Assembly: GCF_040938485.1 (NCBI RefSeq)
Contig: NW_027272282.1
Location: forward strand, 558,001-622,000
DNA length: 64,000 bases
DNA from: Diadema antillarum
Lineage: Eukaryota
Direction of reading: 5' to 3'
Position 1 is the first letter of the stretch; each line of letters starts with the position of its first letter. The position numbers and the translations under genes are program-made. Of this stretch, positions 13,536 to 25,298 are shown piece by piece. The notes below the pieces were generated by a model. It searched no databases. It saw nothing but the letters and a program-made list of their open reading frames with translations, and had not been told where the DNA came from.

Positions 13536-14360
13536 TATAGTAAAAGAATTAGTTTCAGTGTATGGCAGTTGCCGTCATTAACAGGTAGTACTTGTTGTTT
13601 TCATCTTCATGTAACTTGGACATAGCATGAATAAGAAGTTATGGAATCTACAAGTTCCCATGTTACCACCGGAAAGTGCTATTGGCAACCCCACGTGCTC
13701 ATTGGATGAGATGATGACGTAATAAACCCCCAACTCTGTTAAGTTTATACACAAAATACGATAAAAGAAAATATAGCATTGGTCATTAATTTTGCAACAA
13801 TATCTGTAGGTCCAATTTCTTCTCCAGGAGTCTTGAAAATTGTTATTCCATATTTTCTAAGGAAGAATTTGTGTGAAGACTTGTATGGGGATCTGCGTAA
13901 AATTTGTGAGGCTAACATTAGAGTAGCCACTTCATCTAATTTGCATAAGTGTGTTCTTTCGACCGTATCACTGTTACTTACATTCGATTTTGATGAAACT
14001 TCTATTTTGCTTTATTTTACTCCTTTTGTGGCAGTCAATCTCAACATCGAATGAAACGCACACTGAGATTTAAAAAAAATGTCCCAGTTCGCCGTTCTTG
14101 TATAATTTAGATTTCCAATGCGTGCTTATAGGCCGCGTGTCGTTGATAACACGCTGTTTCCATCTACTGCATGCCAAAGTCATCTTTGTCACTTGTAACC
14201 GCATGAATCCTTCCCAGCACCCCTAGCATTTCCGCTCTCAAACCATCACAGTGGCGACCCTAATTACGATATCGTCAGTCACTGCCCGAAGCAACTGCCG
14301 ATGTCGTTGTTTTTCTTCCTCCTCCCCCTCATCCTCCTCCTCTTTTTCTTCCCATCCATC

Positions 14361-14376
14361 TCTTCTTCTTCTTCTT

Positions 14377-14406
<30 letters not shown>
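14361..14406 (+). repeat. (CTT)n microsatellite
   Basis: Directly visible. Confidence 0.9.
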
Positions 14407-14407
<1 letters not shown>

Positions 14408-16743
14408 ATCTTTTCCTTCTCTGCTCTCGGATATGTCGGGGCGAAGTCATGGCGGCCTTAGCGGCTGGTTATTTATCGGCAAATCACGCCCGTGTTAGTC
14501 TCTTTTAGCACTGGCCGAACGGGGCAGTATAAAATGATTCATTATCTATCGACGAGGCCGCGGACATAGGGAAAAGGATAACGAGGCAAAGCTGAGCGAC
14601 TCGTCAGCTGGTTGGGTTGATGCTGAGGGGATTCATTTTGTCCCCTCGCAGATGATGCATCGCTCGCCGCTCGCAATTTTGTGGTGAGACGAGGCCCTCC
14701 TCCCCGCGAAAGATCTCGGGAAGATTGTTATTCGCGATAATTATACAGCTTCTTGAGAGTGATGTTTATCGTGTGCAACGTTATCCCGTGAAGTCGGCCT
14801 GTCCTCTCTTCTCGCTGAGGTGTTCTTCAACTCGTTGTGTCAATAAAGATGAGAATAAGAGAAGGGGGACGTGTAGATGTACAAAGGGGAAACAGGTTGT
14901 CTATTGAGATGAGTCGAAGACACACGAAAACTGCACGGTGTATCATTATTTTCTTTAACCATTTCGATCTGCAGTCCTGATGTGATTGATTATTCTCCAA
15001 CACACAGCATGTCCACAAATATACGTGTATACATAGTCGATTTCTCTTTCTCAGCTATCTTTAGCCTTGGTTGGCCAAAGGGCGTACCCCTGCAGATGAA
15101 AGTGATGAGAGTTGCAAGAGTCAAGTCAATATACTATTATATAGTTAGAGAAAATATCCAATACCCTGTCATGTTAATGTTACTTATAATGGCATGCTGT
15201 CGAATCTTGAAACGAGGTGGTTACTTTATCAAAGTTTCATAACTCCAAAACGTCAGTTTATGACAAAACCGCTTAGCGCTGATCCGTTTTGGGGTTTTGT
15301 GGGATGTGTTTCTTCTTCTTTCATTCCTAAACTTACTGGTTTTTTGTAGATTGAACAGACAACGAAAAAAAAAAAACCTTCACATGTGATTTCGAGCGAT
15401 CTATACATTTTCCCGCTAACGCTTTTTACCTGTCGTAATTTGTACGTGTAAAGCAGAGCACACTGACTGGATTGAAATCCACGTCGGACATCCATCGAAC
15501 GACAGTTTACCCTTTTGTGAACCTGTATGACGAATCACAACGTGGCATTTTCAGGTGTAGTGCACCTGCGTTTCATTTCGCTCTGAAAACAATTTGTAAA
15601 ACTGACTAACGTTTTTGTTCGATGCATTCTAAACAATTTCATGATGAAAAACTCTTGAAGAGATGACAGCCTCAAAGTGAAATGCGATCTTGGGAGGTGG
15701 TATTTTGTTTTGATATGTAGGTCCTATTCTTTGTTGTTGTTTTTTTCTGCAAGTGGTTTTCATTTCAGCTGCCAAGAAATACGATGCTACACTATCTGAT
15801 TGATTAATGTAGGTACAGAGATTTGTTGATTCAAGGGTGAAAGTTTCCCGGAAAACGAGTGCAATGGGAGCATGCGTGTAAATGTGTGCTGTCTCCAAAA
15901 TGATATGAGATGTAGCAGTGCCACAATCACGGCAAACTACTCACTGGCGTCAACCGCGAGAACACGCGCCAAGATGTTTTTTTACTGTGGTCCCATGTAG
16001 GCGTGTATATTTTTCTGGATGTCAACATACGTGCGTGAGCAGCGAGGTTTATTTGTTTTCTTCAAAAGTTTATCTTTCTTTTCTACTCCGTTTCTCTTCA
16101 TAGTCTTGCTCTTTTTAATCTGGATGTTATGCTATGATATTTGCCTGCAGCCTCGATACTGAAAATCTCACACCGTTTTATATTTCATCTCTTTTCTATC
16201 GATTCGTCCCTGCATGTTCTCGTCAACTTTTCCCTTGCCATGATAATAAATTATGGGTTTCTTTGGTAAATGTTTGGGTTTTTTTTCTCAGATTTGACTC
16301 TGCAATGGCTCTCCATCCATCCATCCATCCATCCATCAATCCAAGATCACCGTCTGTTACCGAACTCGCGTCACCCAATTCAAATTTTTATACACATTAA
16401 AGTCACTGTCATTCATGTAGTTTTCTTTGACCTTTATTCTCCTCTCGTTTCGTATGCTTTTCGATTCAATTTTGTCATCTACTTATTGCTCAATGAATTC
16501 TCCATTTCCTCGTCTAGTCCATACCAATGTATAGAGATCAAGGCTTATAACATGTCAACGCAGTCACTATTCAAATATATTACAGGAACCTGATCTCACT
16601 GTGTGAAGATAAACCATGGGTTGGTGACCGGAACTGAACTCATTGTCCCTCTCTTTTTCTCTCTTTCCCTTGTCCTGCGAGAGTTTGAAATGCACCTTGA
16701 CCTTGGTCCTACTATAAGTTCCCGCAGTCACAGGGCTTCCAGC

Positions 16744-16767
16744 CTATGCTATTCCCGAAATATTGTA

Positions 16768-16824
<57 letters not shown>

Positions 16825-16863
16825 TATTACAATATTTCGGGAATAACATAGTCTGGCCTTTTA

Positions 16864-16910
<47 letters not shown>

Positions 16911-16949
16911 TATTACAATATTTCGGGAATAACATAGTCTGGCCTTTTA

Positions 16950-17003
<54 letters not shown>
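16744..17003. repeat. (TA)n tracts with a tandemly duplicated 50-nt unit and an inverted 27-nt copy
   Basis: CACATATATATTACAATATTTCGGGAATAACATAGTCTGGCCTTTTACGA occurs at 16817-16866 and 16903-16952, each followed by (TA)n. 16744-16770 is the reverse complement of 16825-16851 with one mismatch. Confidence 0.9.
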
Positions 17004-17005
<2 letters not shown>

Positions 17006-17105
17006 TGGCATCAAAAGACTTAACCACAACATGGCGGGCGGTGCAAGAACAGTAAATCTATTGACATCAAATCTTGCACATTAATAGACGTGGCTGGTGT
17101 TGGGT

Positions 17106-17167
17106 AGCACCCCTTTAATCATCGAGCTTTCGGGCGAAAAGCCCTTCTTCAGGATTGTGTTGGTGCT
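17106..17167 (-). ncRNA. Mirror copy of the minimal hammerhead ribozyme motif on the minus strand
   Basis: Exact reverse complement of 17221-17282, in the left arm of the palindrome. Confidence 0.7.
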
Positions 17168-17220
17168 GAGTGTGGTCTTGTAGTGTTGTCTGTGTCAGAC
17201 AACACTACAAGACCACACTC

Positions 17221-17282
17221 AGCACCAACACAATCCTGAAGAAGGGCTTTTCGCCCGAAAGCTCGATGATTAAAGGGGTGCT
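17221..17282 (+). ncRNA. Minimal type I hammerhead ribozyme motif (Penelope-like-element type)
   Basis: CTGAAGA (17236-17242), extra A, helix II GGGC-TTTTC-GCCC (17244-17256), GAAA (17257-17260), palindromic AGCT replacing helix III, predicted cleavage after C17264. Helix I is ATC/GAT (17233-35/17265-67) plus distal AGCACC/GGTGCT (17221-26/17277-82). Confidence 0.7.
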
Positions 17283-17324
17283 ACCCAACACCAGCCACGT
17301 CTATTAATGTGCAAGATTTGATGT

Positions 17325-17376
<52 letters not shown>

Positions 17377-20300
17377 TAAAAGGATATATCAATGATCAGA
17401 TGCTGCTGTTTCGAAACGTTACATCTGAAAACAGCAGCATCTGTAGTTCGACTCAAACATTATAGCAGTTATATCATAAAATGCGAGAGTGCTTGCACCA
17501 GAGAATAATTCTACAACCCGTGAGTTCGAGGACGCAGGGTTATGACAAGTCCACAACAAATAATTGAGTTAGGCGACGTACTACCAGCTCGCGCGGGAGG
17601 GTTTTGAGTGCGTAATTGATATACTCCGATGACACCCTGAGTCAATATCTTGGCCAAACAATGCATCCATCTTGGGGTTCTCCATAACCTCTATTTGCCG
17701 TCATCCCCCATCTATTTTAGTCCCCCCCCCCCCCCTTCATCTCAATTCGTATTTCCCTCCTCCTCGTATTCAGCAGACTGAAATCTCCTCCCCGATCTGC
17801 TACAAATTGGGTGCACCGGTCCTGTTTGCATTGATGTCGATATTAGATGGTCCGCGTAATCTGGAGAGCCTTAACAACAACCGAAGCCAAATGCAGAGAC
17901 GAAGGCAAGGAGGAGAAGCCTAGAAAAAACAAAAACAAACGAAACCAAACCAGAACAAAGAGGGGAAAAAAGCTCGACTCTGCTTGATGAAAAGATGCGA
18001 CAGCAACAGATAACGGCGTGGTTCATTTAAAATGGCGACTGCAAATTTGAAATTACATGAGTGCGAGTGAACCTTGAAGCGAAATGATGAATGGCTCGTT
18101 AAGACATTGAGGTAATCCATTTCAAGGCAAGTATGACATTCTCGATGTCTATCTATTATGTAAACAGAGGTGCAAATAAGAGAACCTTAATACTAGGAGT
18201 GTGAAGTGGCCAAAGAGAGAGGGATAGAATGAAAGAGGAGATATGGGGAGAGAAGGAAGGATGGAGTATATACAGAAGAGAGACATGGGAAGCGAAAGAT
18301 AGGAAAGTAAATATCACTAAAAACATTTTGTTGCCTTGTCCCATTGTCTTGGAGACGAAACAATCTGTGACGCGCAATCGTGACAGAGACACCCAGAGTC
18401 GAAAGTTCCTGTATGGGGGAAATAATAATAACCCAAAGATGATTGACAGGTGTCACTGACAAGATATGTATGCTCATGATTTGATCAAAGGCGACAAAAC
18501 CATTGTATATCAGCTGCTTCTTATCAGAGGTTTAAAGGGAATTTCTTTTCTGTGGTCCAGTTGGCTGTAGCAAGACGAGTATTACGTCACACAACTAGAA
18601 CACTGAATGTTTCATTGAAATCAGATGCAAAATAACTAAATTAAAAGCTCTGGACCACTAACATGTAGTCACAAAACACTGGTGTCGAGTTCAAACACAT
18701 TACATACATATCCTGTAACTCTTTCTTGGTTTTACAATAAATTTCCGGGGGAAAAAAATCTTCTTTTTTTTCAATAAGTCCCCGTCTTCAGAGTCGCCAT
18801 TGCTAAATTCCTTGCAACTCCAGAACTATTTAGTGTGAAGGATGCCATTTTGTTCTAGTTATATCACATCAAAAGTGAACGAATGATATTAGGGGAATTG
18901 ATCGGTCATTACATCATTTAATTCATCGAAATTGTATCACTGAAAATGACACCATCGATCCCGGTAAGCTTACAACTTGAGATTTTGCCATTCATAACTT
19001 CATTTCTAGTCTAATTTTTGCCGAAACTTCCACTGTATAGATTTAATTTCCAAACAACGAGTGGAATTTCACGTCGAGTACAGTCACGAAGGTATCACAT
19101 ACCTCCTTGGTATACAGTAACCTTTCCGACACATCTTACCACTGTCGAAGAAAACCAGCGAGCATTCACCTTATTGATATCAACTTCAGAGACCATGTCG
19201 AGAAGTCGTGGTCAGTGGTGGTGACGTGAAATGGTACCGAACGTACATCACCGATATGCTCCTTTCCGATTCTCTCTTTTCTATACGGAGATCTTGTACA
19301 TGAATAAGAAAAATAAACGATAAAAAGAAAATTATGGCAATAAAATGACCTGGGAGCAGTCAGAAATTACATTCATGATATCCATTTATGCAGAAATACA
19401 TGTACTCAGTATCGGGTTTCAGCTGCGCTGCTGTGTACAACCCTGCTTCACAGATGAGAACCTGCCAGTATACAACTGAATAGGCTCTTCTGATGTTCTT
19501 GATCTTTTGTGGTTGTTCTTGATGAGCATGTAGTTCTTGTTCTTGCTTATATAGCTCTTTATCTTGCTCTTGCCAATGGCGTTTTGAAATGCGCTATAGT
19601 GTCTGCACTAGAACGCTAAGTAACGTAGAGCTCGACTTGAATAGAAATTGTGTCATTTCTCGTCAGTGAAACAAAATCTGATGTCTCTTTGGTCGGACTC
19701 TACCCCGCGGGGAATATTTTTTCTCTTCTTCTGAGCTCCTCTCATTCGTTACACAATTTATCATGTATGACATATATGAAATCAATTTAACCTGTTTTTG
19801 TGGCATTTGGAGGTACGAAAAATCGTCGTTATGGTGATGATTAAGTGAATAATTTGATTAATACGACTGGTGCAATTGTGATTGACAGTACAGAGAGTGA
19901 TAATATAGCGGCAAGGTTGAGATGAACGGTCGGATTTTTCGATTGCTGGTGTTGCATTCATAGTTATATCATTGTTGCGTGTTGACATTATTGTATCTGT
20001 TCAGCCTCCCGAAGGTCTCCACGTGCTTCGATGGTAACTGACGTCTTTCTGCTCTTACAAATCATCGAGAAATTAAAAGTGAATAAATGCAAGCAATTTG
20101 ATTTTAAGCGCGATTCCAAACCACGTTGGAGGTGACTCAAATCGGTATAGAGTGTGCTCAAATTGACAGAATTACACAAGTTTGATTTTTCCTGTCCTCT
20201 TCAGTCTCTTCTTGTCTTGTTTGTTATTCCTTCCTCGCTTACAAATAAAAAATCTCTTCTTTAAGAGAGCTGCCTCGTGTTTGTGTATGTTTGCATGTGT

Positions 20301-21061
20301 GTGTGTATGTTTTTTCTTCATTTTTTACAGGCAATCTGCCTAAGTTCTGTTATGGACAGACTTAGAATTATAAGCTTTGCTTTTCTGCAGCTCCCTCCAT
20401 TTCAAATAACTTTTCTTCGGTACAGGCATAAAAGTCACAGTATTTTCCTTTATTGCAACGTAGCAGTGATTATGTAGGACTATGTATGCGTAAATGCTTT
20501 ATTGTACTCTTTTTAATGAAAAAATTATAATAAAAGCGAATGAATGAATTCATGAATGAAAATGATAATTACCATAACAAAGTTACGTTCTCGCCGATTA
20601 ATGACTTTAGTTGTAATAAGTTATTCATATTTAGCTGACCTCATTACCTCATCACCTCATTATTCTCTTACTAGGTTGAACGCAAATTATGTCACCAAAG
20701 ACCAAAGACCAAACTTTCGGTCTAAATTTTTGCAACCAGAACTCTTCCCCCTGTACAGATGGCATCATAATTATATCTAAAAAAGGGGAGATGTCTAGCG
20801 AAAACTGGTGCAAGCTGCCATCTGAATTGCAAATGTGACTGCTACAAGTATCACTTTTTCTTCACGTTGTGTGAAATGTGATTTTTCTTAACCGTCTTTT
20901 GTTTGGGACCATTGTCAATGAAACCGCTGCATTTATTCAGGGGTTTTTTTTCCGATGATCTCTTTTAGAAACTACAAGCCGCGGCGTCACTTTACTCTTT
21001 TTTTTAAAAGGATCGTTAGGTTGTTTGTAGTCACACCGTCCCCTCTAGAAGAGGTAAAACA

Positions 21062-21300
21062 CTCTGTCCCTTGGATAGGACATAAAATGGTTGTCCCGTG
21101 TATGAGAGAGTCACAACTCATGCACGTAAAAGATCCCGCTTCATTCATTCATCACAAAGAGCAGGGTGTTTAACCCGGTGAAGTGGTCCTACCTCACATC
21201 CAACTGGACCCTATGCTTGATGGAAGACGAGTTTAGCGTAGCTGAATATGGGCTATCCAGCCATCTTTTCAGATGGAAATGAACAAAGAAAGAAAATAAA
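21062..21300 (+). mobile_element. 5'-truncated SINE with Deu/Nin-type central domain
   Basis: GGACATAAAATGG..GTCCCGTGT...GCACGTAAAAGATCCC...CAAAGAGCAGGGTGTTTAACCCGGTG matches my recollection of the Deu/Nin domain of DeuSINEs. No intact tRNA head. A related 3' motif (GGCTATCCAGCC) appears inverted near 46327. Confidence 0.6.
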
Positions 21301-21660
21301 GGTTGTTATGGATAACAATTGTTTTCAGAACCTGTGCATCGATGATCAAAGCAGCATGTATTTTGAGGGTTGTATAATTTTGGTAGTTTGGTGTTGGTAG
21401 TTACGTGCCCTGTTGGTGGTCATATCCCACTTCCGGTGTGTTGTATGGAGCGGAAAGACGATGGTCATTGGATTTCATCTCATTGATGGTAAATTTCCCT
21501 CTTCTTTTAAAGGTGCCGAGTAGTTTTCTCATGTCCAACTTCCATTGAAATCTGCACGTGTCTCTAGATCTGCAGCGACATATTAGATCAGCATGAAGGT
21601 TCATGTTAATTATTTGTTCAAGTAGCAGTAATCATGTTTCAATAACATGTAACTTCTGTC

Positions 21661-22275
21661 CATTCGTACCCTACTCGTATATGTAGAAATTTCCATCTTT
21701 TGAATCCCAAATTATCAGTGACACACAAATATATCAGACATTCGGGTCCGGATATTTGGAATAATCTCCCGGACAACATAAAGTCTTGCTCAACTATTTA
21801 TTCTTTGAAAGCTTCACTGAAGCGGTATTTGATACAATCATATTCTTCCCACTCATTACGTTAAGATAAGAAATACTTATGGTGAATGATTATTATTTTT
21901 ATTCAATCTCTATTTTCTTCCTTCAACTGCATCTTGCACCCACACCTGCAACTGCACTGCACCCACCTGATCACTCAATTTCCTCCAAGAGAGTTGTGTC
22001 GTTGGATAGTCCTTTTATGAGGTCCCATCCATTTCAAGCTTAATCGCTTACGATGGTGGTTTCCTGCATTCAGATATCTCTGTTATTTACTGAAAACAAA
22101 TACTTTATTTTTTATTTTATGTTTCTGTGTATATACACTGCTCAATGTAATTGCTCATGTGTACCTATCTTTTTTTATTCATGTTCCATATTCCACATTA
22201 CATACAAGTTTTATATTCCATTTGTTTTCAGAAGAGAAAGTGTTTTACACAACAGTCAATTTGAAATAAAATTGC
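21661..22275 (+). mobile_element. 3' fragment of a Crack/L2-type LINE (ORF2 C-terminus plus 3' UTR)
   Basis: 21661-21864 reads HSYPTRICRNFHLLNPKLSVTHKYIRHSGPDIWNNLPDNIKSCSTIYSLKASLKRYLIQSYSSHSLR*, the HxYxTR...GPxxWNxLPxxIK...LKxxL C-terminus typical of CR1-group ORF2. A downstream CCATC..CAAGC..GCTT..GATGG stem-loop lies near 22026-22056. Confidence 0.75.
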
Positions 22276-22299
22276 ATAAATGTATAAGGACATATAAGT

Positions 22300-23060
22300 A
22301 ACGTGTAATATGAGGAACCTACTAAAAAGCAAAGCTAGTATGATGTAGGTTCCAAAGATATAATATAGGCTTTTAGTACAATATGTCAATGTCAAAATGA
22401 CGAAACATGCAAGAATACAACATGTCGAGAATATAATAAAATTTACGAAGTGTACATGGTATTGTATGATGTTCATGATTACACTTGAGGTATCAATGCT
22501 AAGTAAAGTAACAAACTGATCAAACAAAAGTTAATGAAGTCACCCGAGCGAGGCATCATTGTGAGTATGCATAATATTTCAAGTCATTACGGCAAAATAA
22601 TTAAACATAGGCGTTTAGAAAATTGGCTTTAAGATTTTGCTTAAAGGAACTTAGAGAACTTCATTGCAACCGAACAGAATCTAACTAATTCCAGTAAGAA
22701 GGGCCGGTAGAAGTAATTTTCTTAATATAAAAATTCCGACATGATACAAGTACAAATCAGAAATTTTTAGCAATTTACTTGAAGCAAACGATTTATTAGT
22801 ATGATCCAAAAACATTTACACGATTTATAATCCGCAAGGGCTTTTTCTGAATCAAAAATGACGAACCAATTTTAGTCTTTGAACAATTTCCCCAGAACAG
22901 CATTCCATAATTCAAGTAAGGTAATAATAGAGTTGAGTAGAGAGAATGCAATATTGGCTTTGGGAAGAGATATTTCAGTTTATGAATAACTCCAACATAT
23001 TTACACAACAATTTACATAAATAATCAACATGTACCTTCCATGAAGACTGCTGTCAATAA
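22300..23060 (-). mobile_element. Degenerate 3' fragment of a Crack/L2-type LINE ORF2 (post-RT region) plus 3' UTR
   Basis: With one frameshift: IDSSL-WKVHVDYLCKLLCKYVGVIHKLKYLFPKPILHSLYSTLLLPYLNYGMLFWGNCSKTK...IQKKPLRII, the conserved post-RT segment of CR1/L2/Crack ORF2; stops and frameshifts follow. 3' stem-loop GGAACCTAC (22314-22322)/GTAGGTTCC (22345-22353). Confidence 0.85.
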
Positions 23061-23481
23061 AACCTATACCTGTACCTATACCTATAAAATTTGAATAAGA
23101 ATTTTGTTGAATCTATTTGTGTACTGTTATCGTTTTATTTCACTGCACTTGCTATTCTCTGTCTTTGTGCTTTTGAAATTTGTATTCGATTTGTATTTGA
23201 TTGAATGCAGAAATAAATCAAATCAAATCAAATCAAACCCTTGGCACCTTTGCCAAAATATCATCGGCATTAATACATTCAATATTCAATATATGTCATG
23301 TAATATATTAAATGGCAATCACAGGGGTAAACGCTGAATGGCTTTTATCATTTAGAACGAAAGTATTGAAAGCATGTGTGTGTTGTCATAATGAAATTTG
23401 TAATATTTTGCAATTAACTAATTTGTATATTATTGTTCATATGAAAATGAAAGAAAAAGAAAAGATTGACAAAAAAAAAAG

Positions 23482-23530
<49 letters not shown>
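23482..23530 (+). repeat. (GT)n microsatellite
   Basis: Directly visible. Confidence 0.9.
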
Positions 23531-23531
<1 letters not shown>

Positions 23532-25123
23532 TGTGGGTAGGTGGGTGTAAGGTGAGGAAAATCTGTACCACTCGTTAAAGTTTGATTTGAAGGCCTTATG
23601 TCATCAGATAAGTGTGTTAGATTATAAACGTGAATGAAACATTAAGGTAAAGAGGACAATTTGTCGCTATATTGGCTTCTTCATTCAGATGTAGTGATTG
23701 AACAAACAACAACCAATCTCGGGAAATATGAGTCGAAACACCACACAATGCCCAATATACGACTCATTTCCTTTACCCAGCAGATGCCTTAATATAGCAG
23801 TGAAAAAAACAACAACAAACGACTCAGCACATTGTCTTGTATCGCATCAGAGCTATCGCGACATATTTTTGTAATTAATGAGGAAAAAAAGTATTGCGTG
23901 GAGCAAATTCCAATATCTGGAAGAAGAACACACAAAAAAAGAAAAGATAAACATGACAATCATACAAATGGAAAAGGGATCACAAAAATGAGAAAGAATA
24001 ACAGAATATTGCTTCCAGCGACCCCTCCCCCCCCCCCCCCCCCCGGCCAGTTTAGAGTGTCAAAAGACAGGCCAATGCAGGGAATTTATCATAGACGTTC
24101 GTCCGTTGAAGGGCTCGTTTCAATTTTGCAAATTAGGCTATATAGACTAGGTGCACCGGCGCGATTAGTTTGGCAGACGACTTTGCTGTAGCTGATTGGC
24201 GATGCAATCGTCCATTAACCCGTCCTGTCTGAAAACCACATTTCTTTGTTTGGATGTTATATATATATTTTTAGTCAGAATTTGTACTATTTAATTTTAG
24301 TGCTTCAATTAAGGCTTTTGTTATCTAGCTGTATTTGTCTGTTTGGGTTGTGTCATTTCAAAAGCCTGTTAAATTCTCTGTTTACAATTGATTCTAAATT
24401 TGGCAACTCATTTAAGAATATAAAACTTCAAATCAATTCTCCGGTTGGCAAATATGTATGATTTCTTTCTATACTTCTGGGCAGATCTGATCATATACTG
24501 TATATTCCATTTAACTTTCTCCAAATTAAAGATGAACAATGGTATTCAGAGCTGACAGATTCAATAATGACAAAATGATGACTTCTACAGACATGACGTT
24601 TTGTAAGCGAAGTGAAACTATTTAAAAGGAACAGATACATTCAAATTCAGCACCCAGTTTAACCGGAATTAGGTATAGATAGGCTATAACTGAATTCACA
24701 CAGTCATAAGCATTCCTATGTGACTATGGCACCTCGAAGTTGTCTTCTCGGTCACATGGTGATGAATTGACTTGCGTCATAAAAATGATCATTTTTTTTT
24801 TCATTTCACACATGCATGTTCACATGCATGTTTTTTATTTTCATTTCCAATCAAACACAGGTAATACACTTTGACATGATTACATATATTGGAACATAAT
24901 AATACATATTGGTTCTTAAAAGAACTTCATGGAAATGGAAATTGAGGGGCTGCTAAAAAGCGAACTTGTAGATTGCAGTCCCCTCACTTACGTTACATTA
25001 CTACAATACATTAATTATATATGACTTTATAACACAATACAACGATACATGTACCGTACAAGCTAATCATTGAAAGTATACAGTTTTCATTCAATCAAAT
25101 CGGATGGTTACATGAAGTACAGT

Positions 25124-25298
25124 NNNNNNNNNNNNNNNNNNNNNNNNNNNNNNNNNNNNNNNNNNNNNNNNNNNNNNNNNNNNNNNNNNNNNNNNNNNNN
25201 NNNNNNNNNNNNNNNNNNNNNNNNNNNNNNNNNNNNNNNNNNNNNNNNNNNNNNNNNNNNNNNNNNNNNNNNNNNNNNNNNNNNNNNNNNNNNNNNNN
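25124..25298. other. Assembly gap (N-run)
   Basis: 175 N. Confidence 0.98.

Larger units (their letters stand above)
17004..17329. mobile_element. Inverted pair of Penelope-like-element pseudo-LTR / retrozyme-like fragments forming a 271-bp palindrome (17059-17329)
   Basis: 134-bp arms (17059-17192 and 17196-17329) around a 3-nt loop (TGT). The minus-strand copy extends ~55 nt further (17004-17058). Both ends abut (TA)n tracts. The PLE assignment rests on the hammerhead motif, inverted arrangement and microsatellite context; no RT/GIY-YIG ORF is present. Confidence 0.6.

Noticed and set aside
16744-16952. Repeat-spacer pattern superficially like a CRISPR array, and CCCGAAATATT as another hammerhead half
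   Set aside because: Spacers are (TA)n microsatellite, the context is eukaryotic and there are no cas genes; no CUGANGA core accompanies the GAAA motif.
24246-24540. Possible L1/Tx1 ORF2 C-terminal remnant on the minus strand
   Set aside because: Only vague compositional similarity; no diagnostic motif could be aligned.
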